A DNA stretch of 62,464 nt, counting the filler, from Stramenopiles sp. TOSAG23-6 (lineage: Eukaryota), in the NCBI GenBank assembly GCA_900128565.1. It is 25 parts of 25 records of this genome, joined end to end, with 100 filler letters (N's around TTAATTAATTAA, not from the genome) between each part and the next. Parts side by side here need not be neighbours in the genome. Positions count along the whole stretch, not along the records: positions 25,140 to 27,543 come from LT638066.1; positions 27,644 to 30,046 come from LT638067.1; positions 30,147 to 32,547 come from LT638068.1; positions 32,648 to 35,048 come from LT638069.1; positions 35,149 to 37,548 come from LT638070.1; positions 37,649 to 40,048 come from LT638071.1; 19 more parts are not named here. One strand, written 5' to 3'. The translations under genes and the position numbers were made by a program. Positions 25,235 to 37,725 of this stretch are shown piece after piece. The notes under the pieces were generated by a model that searched no databases, had not been told where the DNA came from, and saw only the letters and a list, made by a program, of their open reading frames with translations. Positions within the stretch are counted from its first letter, which is position 1, and each line of letters starts with the position of its first letter.

Positions 25235-26179
25235 GTAGTGAATCTTTTACAAAGAAACAAAGGAATTATAAGAGAAATGGAGATTGAAATGAATTTATTA
25301 GTTACTGCAGTGATGTTAGTTATCATACTTTATTTCAAAGTTTTTTTTTTTTTTTTTTTTGGATAATTTTGTACCTAATGTTTTGTTTTTTTTTAGATAT
25401 TGTTTCATATTTTATGAATCTCGGAAATCCGTTACATAATGACAAGGGACCTTTATCTACTCGTATGCATAAAGATGGTTCGATATTTGACGACTTCACG
25501 AATTTATTTTCTTTTACAAATCAAAAAAATCTAAAAAATCAAAAAAATCAAAAAAATCAAAAAAATCAAAAAAATCAAAAAAATCAAACAAATGGATTTT
25601 CATATACTTCTTCACAACAGAATGAACTAAGTACTGCAAATGTATTGAATAAAATGATAAAATATGTCGTGGATAGTGTGTCAAATACAATTGAAGGCTC
25701 ATTTCGAAAACAAATAAGCTTTAAAAATAGTAAAATAGCATTGATCACTTTGGAGTTTCTGCAAGCTTTTGTGACCAGAGATCGGTATACAACAGATCAA
25801 ATACCTCAAAAAAGTATTAAACGTCAATTATGTATGTTTTTTTTTTTTTCAATTTTTTTGACTACATTTTTTTTTTTTTGGTTTTCATACGAAATTTTGT
25901 ACCTAACAAATTTTTTTTTTGGTAAATTTTGAAATATTTTTTCATACTATATTTAAAGTTGGTATATTTGATTTGATTATTGTTTTAATTGCGTCTGGTA
26001 TCCCTCGACGTTTACAACTATTAGCAATGAAAATAGGAATTATTATGCTTTCATCTGGAAGTACAAAAAAACATCAAACAAAACAAAATTCAGAAAATGA
26101 CTTGAGAATTTATCAAGAGGAAATGTAATTTTTTCAATTTTTTCAATTTTTTTTTTTTTTTACAATTTTTTCAATTTTT

Positions 26180-26229
<50 letters not shown>

Positions 26230-26470
26230 TTTTTCATAAATTTTTTTTTTTTTTTTTTTTTAAATTTTTTTCAAANNNNNNNNNNNNNNNNNNNNNNNNN
26301 NNNNNNNNNNNNNNNNNNNNNNNNNNNNNNNNNNNNNNNNNNNNNNNNNNNNNNNNNNNNNNNNNNNNNNNNNNNNNNNNNNNNNNNNNNNNNNNNNNNN
26401 NNNNNNNNNNNNNNNNNNNNNNNNNNNNNNNNNNNNNNNNNTTTTTTTTCAAAAAAAAAAAAAAAAAAAT

Positions 26471-26501
<31 letters not shown>

Positions 26502-27376
26502 GAAAAAAAAAAAATTGTACCTAACAATTTTTTTAGATTTTTTTTGAAATATTTTTCCAAAATACATGATTGTAATACAATTCATTCAGAGACTCATGGA
26601 ATCTCATTTCAAACCTATTCAAAATATATTACGACAACAACCTAAAAACACAATATCGATAAATATAATCAGCTCCCTTTCAGAGTATGTGAAACAATTT
26701 CAACAATATTTGACTATAAAAAAACAACTCCATACAGAGGAAAGCAACGTCTTGATTTCTTTGTTTTCATGTTTGATTGAATCAGTACAGGGTCCATGTG
26801 AGGAAAATCAAGAGTTCATTGCTTTGAATACAGAACTTTTGGATTCTTGTAATAAAATTTTACATCTTCAATTGAGTCATATCCGAGCACCAAATACATG
26901 TAATGCTGGTGATGAAACGTTTTCAAATTTACAAATCAGTATCATCGATCTATTGATGGGTATCATTGAAGGTCGAAATGATAATGTAGTACATTCCATG
27001 ATACTTGGTGTGATTGATGTATTGTACTTACTCGAGCATCTCAAAAGTCTTCGAGTGTACCTACGTAAACATGTATGTTTTTTTTTTTTATTTTTTTTTT
27101 AATAGTAAATTTCGTACCTAACAAGTTTTTTTTTTTTTTTTTTTGAAATATTTTTCCAAAATACATACCACATCAACGAATCGATTTCGTGTATATCAAT
27201 TAAGTAGTGGTACATTAATGTCATCAAGTGTAGATGACAAACGTAGAGATAAGTTAGTTTTTCAACAAGGAATATCCATGACGGCATTCATACTCACTCT
27301 TGGTGATTTTGATAAAGTTTGGTTTTCAAAAAACACAGGAGCAATATCTAAGAGGCCACGAAGTTTCACCTCATAA
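25235..27376 (+). CDS. IP3 receptor/ryanodine receptor-like channel fragment (RIH-associated domain); introns include 25832-25952 and 27073-27166
   Basis: FIQRLMESHFKPIQNILRQQ...LIESVQGPCEENQ matches the RIH_assoc pattern. Confidence 0.85.
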
Positions 27377-27453
27377 TTATCTCGATCACAATTTTGTACA
27401 AATTTATCCATCGTTTCTTGGACTCTAAAATTATATATTTCCGGAATTGGAAA
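27262..27453 (-). CDS. Inverted exon resembling the IP3R pre-transmembrane segment
   Basis: FPIPEIYNFRVQETMDKFVQNCDRDNYEVKLRGLL, preceded by a minus-strand family acceptor at 27454. Confidence 0.55.
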   Translation of the reverse strand, partial: FPIPEIYNFRVQETMDKFVQNCDRDNYEVKLRGLLDIAPVFFENQTLSKSPRVSMNAVMDIPC

Positions 27454-27763
27454 ATGTATTTTGGAAAAATATTTCAAAAAAATATTTTGAAAATTTGTTA
27501 GGTACAAAATTTACTATTAAAAAAAAAATAAAAAAAAAAACATNNNNNNNNNNNNNNNNNNNNNNNNNNNNNNNNNNNNNNNNNNNNTTAATTAATTAAN
27601 NNNNNNNNNNNNNNNNNNNNNNNNNNNNNNNNNNNNNNNNNNNAAATATTTTTTTTTTAGTATTTTTTTTGTTAGGTGCAAAATTTCATACAAAAAAAAA
27701 AACTCATCGATGGTGTTTCTTTATTTTTATTTTCTAAAATCAATTTTAAATTATCCAGGAATT

Positions 27764-30046
27764 TTATTTTACTTGTTCATTTTGTTTACACACATTCTGG
27801 TAATATTTTAATGCTGCAGGGCTAACAAAGTCGCCATTATCACAAACAAAATCTGGTATTACCACATTTATTTTGTTTCTTTCAGCAAATGGAGGAAATA
27901 TTTCTCCGGCAGCAACATGTTCTTGAATCCCAGCAATTCGCTTATCAGCATATTCGTCAAATATAATGATATTTTTTTCCTGCACTTTCAATAAATTAAC
28001 GCCTTTATATTGCATATATGAATCCATATATTGTTGCCACATATGACTTTTCAACACCCGTCTAATAAAATCATGTTTATCAGTAGATACACGACCTTCA
28101 AGATTTAATTCTTTCTCTTTTTCATGTGCTGCTGCAGCTTCATGAACGTGAAAATTTCCAATTAATTGAAACAATAAATTTAAAAACACACTTCTTACTT
28201 TACAAATAACTTCATATGAAAGGAGATTTGAAAAAGAACTACTACGCACCATCATTGGCTCAGGACCGTATCTTTTAACTAATATATCGAATAAATCAGA
28301 TACTCGACCTTTATAATGTTGTTGCAGAATATGTAAATGGGGTAACCCAGATTGTCCTCGTGAAAACAGTTTCTCTGGTGCCCAATGACGATAGAATGCT
28401 CTTAATCTTCGGTTTAGTTTAAAATCTTCTGGTTTGGGAGATGTTTTAAAATTTTGATTTTTTGGGGGAATAGGAGTAATATTCACCAAATGGCAAACCC
28501 TTCGACACGTATTTTCCCTTAAAGAATCAGGTAATCGTATACTTTTCCATGTTTTGGAATGTTCCGGAGTGAATCCCATTTTATTAGGTTTTCTCTTAAA
28601 TATTCTTCTTTTTCTATTTACCGCATTTATTCTTTCAACATGAGATTTATCATTCGTAATAAAGCGAATTGTGTCATCCATTATGACACTTGAATGTACA
28701 GGTCGTACAACTGAATCGTCGTCAATATCTACAACAGTAACATTCTCAAATCGACGCTGTTTTATGTCAATTCCTGAAGAAATAAATTGATGTTTTTCTA
28801 TGCCAATGAGGTATGGAACCGGACAATCGATCATACCTGACATAAGTCTTGGTAATACTGGTATGTAAACTTGTGACCATTGTAATGGAAATATCAAACA
28901 TAACAAACTATTAGCGATATGCATTAAACAACTGGCATCATTAGTTATTAAAAGAACACTTTCTTCAGTTAGTAAACAACTTATTATTTCTACTACATTT
29001 GGAACAGAAAGACAAGAAAATAAAATATTAAAACCATATGTTTCTACCCACATTGGCATTGTGGCTGATGGCTTATATAACGTAAATAGATACGAGATAT
29101 CTTCTGTTTTGTAGTTTGAATGGCTTGCCATCTGATTATTACTACCAACATCATTATCATTATCTAAGAAAAAGCATAATTCATCACAACAGCCTATTTT
29201 TAAAGAAACAATTTCCCGTGCAATACGTAATACTCGACATGCGATTAAAGCAGTATTACTTGGCGTTTCATGTATTTTGGAAAAATATTTCAAAAAAAAA
29301 ATCGTCAGGTACAAAAAATAAATTCGAAATTGACAAAAATAAAACGTACATGAGGACTCATTCTACCAGCATTATACATCAAGTTTAAAATATTCTTATG
29401 AAAGCAAGGTATACAGAATCGCGAAAAGACACATATTGATCGTACTCTTGCAGGATAATTTGATGTTTCGAATGAAAACGAGCTACAATAAAACAATTCT
29501 GTACCTAAAGTTAGAGAAAAACTCTGAAATGATGGAGAGCCAGCAAACACACCAGGTCTATGGGCAGCAGCAGCATTTGCACTTGAAGGTAAGAATGGAG
29601 CAATTTTATGCGACACATTTGTGAATATTTCTATGTATTGTGAAAAATATTCTACATTTTAGTTAGGTCCACAATTATCGCCGAAAAAAAATAAATTTGA
29701 AATGAATGATTAAGACATATAGAAATAAAAACTCAAAAAAAAAATCTTCTTTGTTTAGGTACAAAATTTCGTACGAAAAAAAAAAATTTGAAATGAATGA
29801 TTAAGACATACATATTTTCATTCGGAGTTTGAAACGTTGGTTCAATTTCTCCATATTTTGTACAGAATAATTCAGTTGTCAGAGATTGAAACTTACTACA
29901 GGGTTTAATTTTACACCCAACTGTAGCAAAACTAAGTATTACAATTAACTCAATTACTTCTACTTTTGTATCAGAGACATTTTTAGGTATATTAGGGTTA
30001 GGGTTAATTAACTCAATTACTTCTACTTTTGTATCAGAGACATTTT
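27764..30046 (-). CDS. DENN-domain protein (Rab GEF); GT-AT introns 29633-29811 and 29270-29349; 5' partial
   Basis: LFSCLSVPNVVEIISCLLTEESVLL...LIFPLQWSQVYIPVLP...CPVPYLIGI is the cDENN core. Confidence 0.9.
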
Positions 30047-30211
30047 NNNNNNNNNNNNNNNNNNNNNNNNNNNNNNNNNNNNNNNNNNNNTTAATTAATT
30101 AANNNNNNNNNNNNNNNNNNNNNNNNNNNNNNNNNNNNNNNNNNNNTTAGGTACAAAATTTCGTACGAAAAAAAAAATTCGATTTTTTTGTAAAAAAAAA
30201 ATAAAACATAC

Positions 30212-31650
30212 ATACATTGATTTGTCTAATTTGCGGTTCACAAGTCCAACACTAGACATAGTTAATGTATGAAGAGCTTTATTTATTTCAAGAGCTCCAC
30301 ATAATTTTCTTATTCCTCGAAAGTCTTCCCCCTTGTTTGTAAGAGGATTATGATCAAGAAGAAGTGTGCACATATATTGTAAAAAAAATTAAATTCGAAA
30401 TTTGTTAGGTACGAAATTTCGTACGAAAAAAAAACAATTTGAAATTCATAATGAAAATGTACATTCTTAAAGTAGTAGACTTCAAAGCAACCGCCAAATC
30501 AATGAGCCCATCAGGTCCAATAGTATTGACACTTAAATCCAACTCAGTAATACTTTTTGCTCCCTTACGCAATGCTAATGATATTAGCCCCGCACCATGT
30601 ATTTTGGAACAATATTTGAAAAAAAAATCGTTAGGTACAAAATTTTTATAAAAAAAAAACTTCGATTTTTTTGTTAAAAAAAAAAATAAAACATACATAG
30701 TCTTTTATACTATTTCCTCTTAGACAAAGAGTCTGGAGACAATCATTGAAAGTTAGGGGGTTACTGATCATCTGTATTCCTATATCTTTCAACTGACAAG
30801 AGCGAATACATTATGAAAAAATATTTCAAAAGAAAAATTGTTAGGTATAAAATTTCGTACGAAACCAAAAAAAAAAATAAATTTAAAATTAAGTATGAGA
30901 ACCTACATGTCAAGAGTTCGGATGGCACGATTAATTTGAATAAACTTTGCTAACATTATTGAACCTTTGATGCCTAATTTATTACATGAAATATCTAATG
31001 AACGAATTCCAGGATGTACAAGTAGAACTTTAAATGTTCCTTCTAGTTGAGTTGCATTCAAGTTATTTTTACATAAATTTAGGTGTCGGAAGTATGTATT
31101 GTGAAATTATTTTTTTTACAATTGTTTTTTGTTAGGTACGAATTTAGGTACGAAAAAAAAAAACTTAAATTTTTTTTACGTTCAATTTTTAAAACGTACA
31201 TCGATTGTTTCTGATCCATTTTTCTAATGTTTCTAGACCCGCATAGTCAAGTTCATATGTAGCATGACCTCCCGCATCACAACCCTCATATTCACCACGA
31301 GTTATCGTATTACAACCCAAGTCTAATATTTTTAAGTTGGTACAACTGTCAATTGCATGACAAATTGTCTCTAATATTGAGCTATCACACTGAGAGTTAC
31401 TAATGACAAGTTCTTGTAGGTTTACATTTTGTGCAATCGCATTTGCTAATCGACTAGTTTCCTGTTCTGTAAACTGGGCAGCATTGACTATAGCTACTCT
31501 TGAGAAACTTCGTGCTTCTCGGATACAATCATCATTTATCTTGGAGTGATAGCCAAATTCTCGAAGTTTCTCCATTGTGTTTGGAGCTTTGCCTTTCTTT
31601 TTTCTCTTTTTGCTCTCCAAATCACGCATTTTTTTCGTCATGCCTGCCAT
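30212..31650 (-). CDS. RI-like (NLRC3-type) LRR protein; GT-AT introns 31094-31199, 30806-30906, 30597-30696, 30372-30462; 3' partial
   Basis: LRR register is restored across the junctions: RYFRHLNLCKNN, TLDIRSCQLKDIG and GNSIKDYGAGLI. Confidence 0.88.
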
Positions 31651-32036
31651 TATACACACGAAGTTTCCCGTTTAATGACTACTTGTTAATTTTGTTGAAT
31701 CATTCATTCATTACTATACATTGCTTAACTTTAGGATTGTACTAGCTATAGGTAACACTAATGTAAAAAAAAAAAAAATGAAACTGTTTTTGACAAGAGA
31801 ACAGTAGCAAATTTCGTGTTCTCCTTCTCGCGCATAGTATTATACAAGGTATATGACACGATCGACGACACTATTAATACTTATAGCTAGTGTCCCTCAT
31901 TGAAAAGGCCAATAAACCGCAATAAACTGTTTGTTTTATCCAGTGGTTTGCTGATTTCATCAAAAGGACTACAAAAGGAGTCAAGTGTTAAATATTTGCC
32001 AATGCTATAGCTATTGATTTTTTCAAATAAAATAGC

Positions 32037-32483
32037 ATGAATATCCAAATGTTCTCGTTGAAGTTTGTTCTGTTTTTCTTTGTTTTCGTGACTGACATTG
32101 ATGGCGAAGAAGACAATGACGAACTCGAGTGTTACGAAGGTAACGACTTTACGGGAGACCCTCGCTGTTTCATTAAAAAATATAAAACAACAACAACCCC
32201 AGTGCATGGTAAAAAAGAAAAGTGTACCATATCCGGTCATACTTGTCTGAGTGGAAAATATATGTATGTTTTATGTTTTTTCAAATTCGAATTTTTTTTC
32301 GTACGAAAGTTTGTACCTAACGATTTTTCTTTCAAATATTTTTCCAAAATATATGTTCAATAAAAATGTTGGTTACGGATGTTATAAAAAGGGAGAGGAG
32401 GTAGAAGAGGCAAAAAAATTTTATACTTCTCATTGTATAGGTGTCAAAGAATGTAATTTATTGAACAAAAATGGAGTGCCCAC
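32037..32483 (+). CDS. Small secreted Cys-rich protein; exons 32037-32263 and 32355-32483; 3' partial
   Basis: Signal peptide, GT-AT intron 32264-32354, and an AT-type donor (ATACGTTTC) at 32484. Confidence 0.65.
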
Positions 32484-32744
32484 ATACGTTTCATTTTTTT
32501 TTCAAATTCGAATTTTTTTTTCGTACGAAATTTTGTACCTAACGATTNNNNNNNNNNNNNNNNNNNNNNNNNNNNNNNNNNNNNNNNNNNNTTAATTAAT
32601 TAANNNNNNNNNNNNNNNNNNNNNNNNNNNNNNNNNNNNNNNNNNNNAAAATATTTTTTAAAATTTTTTTGTAATTTGTTTTGTTAGGTACAAAATTTCG
32701 TATGAAAAAAAAATAAATTTGAAATTTAAAAAAAAAAAACGTAC

Positions 32745-33221
32745 ATCCTTTGCGAAGTGTCTCACTGAAGTTGTCGCCACAAGACTTGCCCAAAATAGAA
32801 AACTCGTCAATGTTAGGCGTTGCATAATTCTATCTGCGGATTTTATCACAAGAAAAATGAAAACTCCAAGAGAAATAATAGACTGACCACAAATTCTAGC
32901 AATATTAAGTTTAGAAAGTTGCATTCTCTTCATGGGAACCTCCGGAAAAAAGCAGAAGGCGAATCCCGAATTAAAAGCCAGAATTGAACCAATAAAGAGT
33001 ATATATGTCTCAGGATTAAATAGATGACTATTGTTTTGTGACGGAAAAAACCCTCCTTTGGCCTTTCTTAAAAAATCTTTGAAAGCTTTTACTTTAGATT
33101 GAACTTTTCTAGCTGCTACAGGCTTTCTAATTTGAGATGATTCTTTCCCAATTTTTTTACCATCCGCAATGTTCTGCTTCATTTTGATGCGACGCTTTGC
33201 CTTGATTTTGTTCATTGACAT
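32745..33221 (-). CDS. Hypothetical membrane protein, first exon
   Basis: Basic N-terminus, three hydrophobic segments, donor at 32744. Confidence 0.6.
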
Positions 33222-33460
33222 GTTTCACAAGGTTGATGTAGAAACAATCTAATCTTGAGATCAAATCTTACTCTCAAACCACTATTGAAATGGTTATATG
33301 ATGAAACATTTGAAGTCAACGCGATAATTTTTTTTATTGATTTTCATTGATTTAATTTGATGGCCGATGGAATAAACCTGCTATTGGAAACCAAGCGCGG
33401 TTGTTCGGTTGTTGTTTTTCGACTCCAGAGACTTCATCGAGTGATACTATTTTATGCAGA

Positions 33461-34240
33461 ATGGATAATTTAGGAGGTAAAGGCAATGACTTTCCAAAGG
33501 CCCAATCTCGGATGTCTTCACTTCCTCGACTAGAGGTGCCACAGTCGTCACCACCTCCTGTACCATACCTCCCCACTCAAGCTGATGTGATTAGTTCTGC
33601 AAGATACTTTTGGCAGCATAAAAAGCATGATTGTAATTTAAATTCAATTTATTGGCAGTTAGTTGAAAAATTTGGAGCTGCCATAATTTCTCAGCATAAA
33701 GGTGTAGTAAAACAAATTTTAACCCGTTTTGCGGGTGAGAATAATATAGCGACTTGTGCAACATGTAATAGACCAGAACTCATTCTAAATTTACTATCTC
33801 AAGGCAAAACCGTAGAAGAATTTGATCCAAAAACTGGACTAAATGCACTGCATACGTCTGCAAGGGATGGAAATTTACGTTTATTACAACTTTTAGTCGA
33901 TCAAGGCGTGGACGTCAATGTCACTGCAAAAACAGCTACCGATGATATGGCTTGGATGACTGCTGGGAAAACCCCTATTACTTTAGCGTTAGAAAACAAA
34001 AAGACAAATGCAGTATATTTACTAATAAAAGCTGGAGCCAGGGTGTCTCTCGAGGACTGTGATCTAGTTTGTTCGAATGAAGAACCAGTACTAAAACTCC
34101 GCATGCTTGTCGCAGCATCAAGATACGCTACTACAAATTATGATGTGTATTGGTGTTCAGCTTTTGCAGAGTTAATTCAAGCAGCTCTCACTGAGCAACA
34201 TCTACATGAACGTTTATCTTCAATATATTACATACAGTAG
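33461..34240 (+). CDS. Ankyrin repeat protein
   Basis: GLNALHTSARDGNLRLLQLLVDQGVDVN and GKTPITLAL...LLIKAGA. Confidence 0.8.
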   Translation: MDNLGGKGNDFPKAQSRMSSLPRLEVPQSSPPPVPYLPTQADVISSARYFWQHKKHDCNLNSIYWQLVEKFGAAIISQHKGVVKQILTRFAGENNIATCATCNRPELILNLLSQGKTVEEFDPKTGLNALHTSARDGNLRLLQLLVDQGVDVNVTAKTATDDMAWMTAGKTPITLALENKKTNAVYLLIKAGARVSLEDCDLVCSNEEPVLKLRMLVAASRYATTNYDVYWCSAFAELIQAALTEQHLHERLSSIYYIQ

Positions 34241-35048
34241 TAGTACCGGAAGTTATTCAAATAGTTATACAGATGATAGTGATGATTTTGATGAGAAGGG
34301 GACATCTTCAATCAATCCAAATACAATACAACAGACCCTTGAAACCACTTGTGTAGAAAATTTACCTCATCAGAACCAAAATAAATTTGAGCTTGATATG
34401 AGTGTTGAAAACCAAAATAGTCTTTCAGCAAAAAGACTCTCTACTATTCATACTAGTCATAGTTTTCATAACTCAGTAGAAAATTCATATAATTCATATA
34501 ATGATGAGTCCTTCATACGAGAGGACAAAACGTCGAGGGAAAACAGGAAAAGATCTTTCCTTGATACATGTGATGAATCTAATGAAATTGTGAAAGAATC
34601 TTTATCTGATGGTAGAGACATAAAAACTCGGAGAATATCGAGGAATATAGGTTCATCAACTAATGGGGGCCTTTTTGTTTTGAATAGAAAAACAGAAATT
34701 AGTAAAACTGGAAATAGTAAAATGTTTAATGAATCTCAAACAGAGAAAGTTGACCCTAAGAATTTCACTACTACAAATGAGAATATATTTCGTGAAATTC
34801 TTGNNNNNNTCAATGATCCAATTGTAGATGATGTCAATGATCCAATTGTAGATGATGACATATTTAACCAATTTGAGTATGCTGCTGCTGAAGCACAAGC
34901 TGGATTGAGTGAAGAATCCGATGAAGAGTCTGGAAATAATATGTTTAGTGATACTAGTAATGATAATATTCAAAATAATAATGATGATAATATTCAAAAT
35001 AATAATGATAATAATAATCAAAATAATAATGATAATAATAATCAAAAT
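34206..35048 (+). CDS. Low-complexity S/N/D-rich ORF, probably the frameshifted continuation of the ankyrin gene
   Basis: Overlaps the previous ORF end in another frame and stays open to the contig edge. Confidence 0.55.
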
Positions 35049-35204
35049 NNNNNNNNNNNNNNNNNNNNNNNNNNNNNNNNNNNNNNNNNNNNTTAATTAA
35101 TTAANNNNNNNNNNNNNNNNNNNNNNNNNNNNNNNNNNNNNNNNNNNNATTTTGTACCTAACAAATTTAAGTTTTTTTTTTTGAAATATTTTTCCAAAAT
35201 ACAT

Positions 35205-35698
35205 GTCTACTTGTCTTACACAAACAAAACAAACAAAACAAACATAAAAAACATAAAAAACATAAAAAATCAACTCATATGCATAGAGATACAGATACTC
35301 CTAATACTCCTAATACACCTTATACAGATTCAGATAGTGAATTTTCTTGTGATAGTGACGATGATATTCATATAACACGAAATAAAGCATTTCGAGATAA
35401 GCAAAATAATGAATATATGGAGTGTGCTCAAAACGAATATACGTTTTATTTTTTTTTTCACAAAAAAATTGATTTTTTTTTTTCAAAAAATTTTGTACCT
35501 AATGATTTTTTTTTTTGAAATATTTTTCCAAAACGAATGGAGCTCAATTTCAGAATTATGTCTTTTATCTGAAACATTACAGTTATTAAAGGCGGGTGGA
35601 AATCATCAAAAACATCAACAAAAACATGAAAATACTCAAAATGGAACTGTACCGACAACAATTGATATAAATGAAATCAAGTTTGTTATTAAGGATAT
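35205..35698 (+). CDS. Internal exons of an unknown protein (35205-35438 and 35539-35698)
   Basis: Open frame across the AT-AT intron 35439-35538. Confidence 0.6.
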
Positions 35699-35782
35699 GT
35701 ATGTTTATTTTCTTATTTTTTTTAAATATGAAATTGATTTTTTATTTTTTTTTTTTTTTTTTTTTAAAAAATTTTTTTCCCA

Positions 35783-35831
<49 letters not shown>

Positions 35832-35887
35832 ATACACATTGTATACCTAACAATACTTTTTACTTTTTTTTTTTGTTCATCATACAT

Positions 35888-36583
35888 GTATGGAGAGGTA
35901 TACCATTAGATATGGCACAATATGAAAAAATGTTTGGATCTAGTAGAATTGCTCACAGTAATGCAGATGTATATTTTTAATATTTCCAAATTTGTTTTTC
36001 ATAGTAAATTTCGTACCTAACAATTTTTTTTTTTTTTTTTTTTAACATTTCCAATTTTTTTTTTCATAGTAAATTTCGTACCTAACAAAAATTTTTTTTT
36101 TTTTTTTTTNTCACAGTACATGAATTAGTTACCTTTTCACATGAGGATTCTCGTCATATTGCAATCATGTCAAAAGGTAAAATTTATTACTTTACTGTTC
36201 TTAATTCGGATGATAGAGTTGGAATTTCTGAATCTGATTTGGCTTCAAATTTTTGTGCAATTGTAAAAAATTCAAAAAGCCCTAACCCTAAGGATACTAT
36301 AAATAACCCTAACCCTAATGATACGGTAGGTGTCTTGACAACATTACCTAGAAGTCGTTGGGCCATCAATAGATCAAATATTTCTAGCTTATCAAAAACA
36401 AACGCTGAATGTTTACGTATAGTAAGTTTTTTTTTTTTTTTTTTTTNTAGTACATTTTTTTAGAAAAAAAAAAAAAATTATATGAAAATTTTATATGAAA
36501 TTTTTTTTTTAGAAAACAAAAAATAATATTGAATGACATATTTTTTTTTTTTTTTTTTTTTTTTTTTATACAAAATTTTTTAC

Positions 36584-36618
<35 letters not shown>

Positions 36619-36660
36619 TTTTTTTTTTTTTTAAAAAAAATTTTAAACGAAATTTTTTAC

Positions 36661-36695
<35 letters not shown>

Positions 36696-36955
36696 TTTTA
36701 CAAAATATATCCAGATAAACATCCAAATGATCGAGAAGCTGCAAATGAAGTGTTTGTACGTATTAATCAAGCATATGAAATTCTATCCAATCCAAAAGCT
36801 AGAGCAAGATATGATAAGGGAACAGGACCTAGAAGTACATCAAAATTTCATTTTGAATATCAAAAATGGCAAGCAGAGCAATGGCAAAAAGAGCAACAGA
36901 TGAAGTATGTTTTTTTTTTTTTTTTTTTCATACGAAATTTTGTACCTAAAAAAAA

Positions 36956-36986
<31 letters not shown>

Positions 36987-37453
36987 TTCATACGAAATTT
37001 TGTACCTAAACAAAAAATAATATTGAATGACATATTTTTCATACTATAGGTAGATAGTGCACTTTTTATTGTATGCTTAGATGATCATTCACCAAGTGTA
37101 GCATCTGACTTGGCATCATCAGCTTTACATGGTACATATACGTTGACATTATTAAAATTATATTTGTATAATTTTTTTTTCATAGATTTTTGAACTACAA
37201 AATTAAAAAAAAAATTTAAAAAAAAAAAAAAAAAATTAAAAAAAAAATTCATAGAAATTTCATAAAAAATTCCGTACCTAATATTTTTTTTTTTTTTGAA
37301 ATATTTTTTACATAACACATATCATTGATGAAAACAATACTCAAATAGGGACATGTATAAACCGCTGGTTTGATAAACTACAATTAATTATTTATGAAAA
37401 TGGAAAAAGTGCCGTAAATTTTGAGCATACTGCAGTAGATGGACATTCAGTAT
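35888..37453 (+). CDS. Carnitine/choline O-acyltransferase (YAT1-like); exons 35888-35968, 36122-36421, 37050-37137, 37319-37453
   Basis: PLDMAQYEKMFGSSRI, VDSALFIVCLDD, NRWFDKLQ and catalytic FEHTAVDGH motifs. Confidence 0.92.
36711..36904 (+). CDS. Isolated J-domain (DnaJ) exon
   Basis: PDKHPND...FVRINQAYEILSNPKARARYD, bounded by a family acceptor (AAAATATAT) and donor (GTATGTTTT). Confidence 0.8.
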
Positions 37454-37725
37454 GTACGTTTTCATTTCATTTCAATTTTTTTTTTTTTTTCTATTTTTTT
37501 TTTTCGTACGAAATTTTGTACCTAACAAAAAAAAAAAAAAAAAAAAAANNNNNNNNNNNNNNNNNNNNNNNNNNNNNNNNNNNNNNNNNNNNTTAATTAA
37601 TTAANNNNNNNNNNNNNNNNNNNNNNNNNNNNNNNNNNNNNNNNNNNNAATATATTTCAAAATTGAAAATGGGGTCGTAATTAGAAATAAAACTTTAAAA
37701 ATAAATGGGTTCAATATGTACGTAC

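Noticed and set aside
25520-25586. 9-nt coding microsatellites (QKN/KNS repeats; also near 39730 and 55410)
   Set aside because: Ordinary slippage repeats in an AT-rich genome with no further structure.
26234-26585. Short F/K-rich ORFs containing YEILYLT, KYFSKIH or VRYKIS
   Set aside because: These are translations of the intron consensus and poly-A/T tracts, not proteins.
30146-31199. CRISPR-like array of conserved repeats with unique spacers
   Set aside because: The repeats are ~100-nt variable introns and the spacers are exons of one LRR protein. No cas genes are present.
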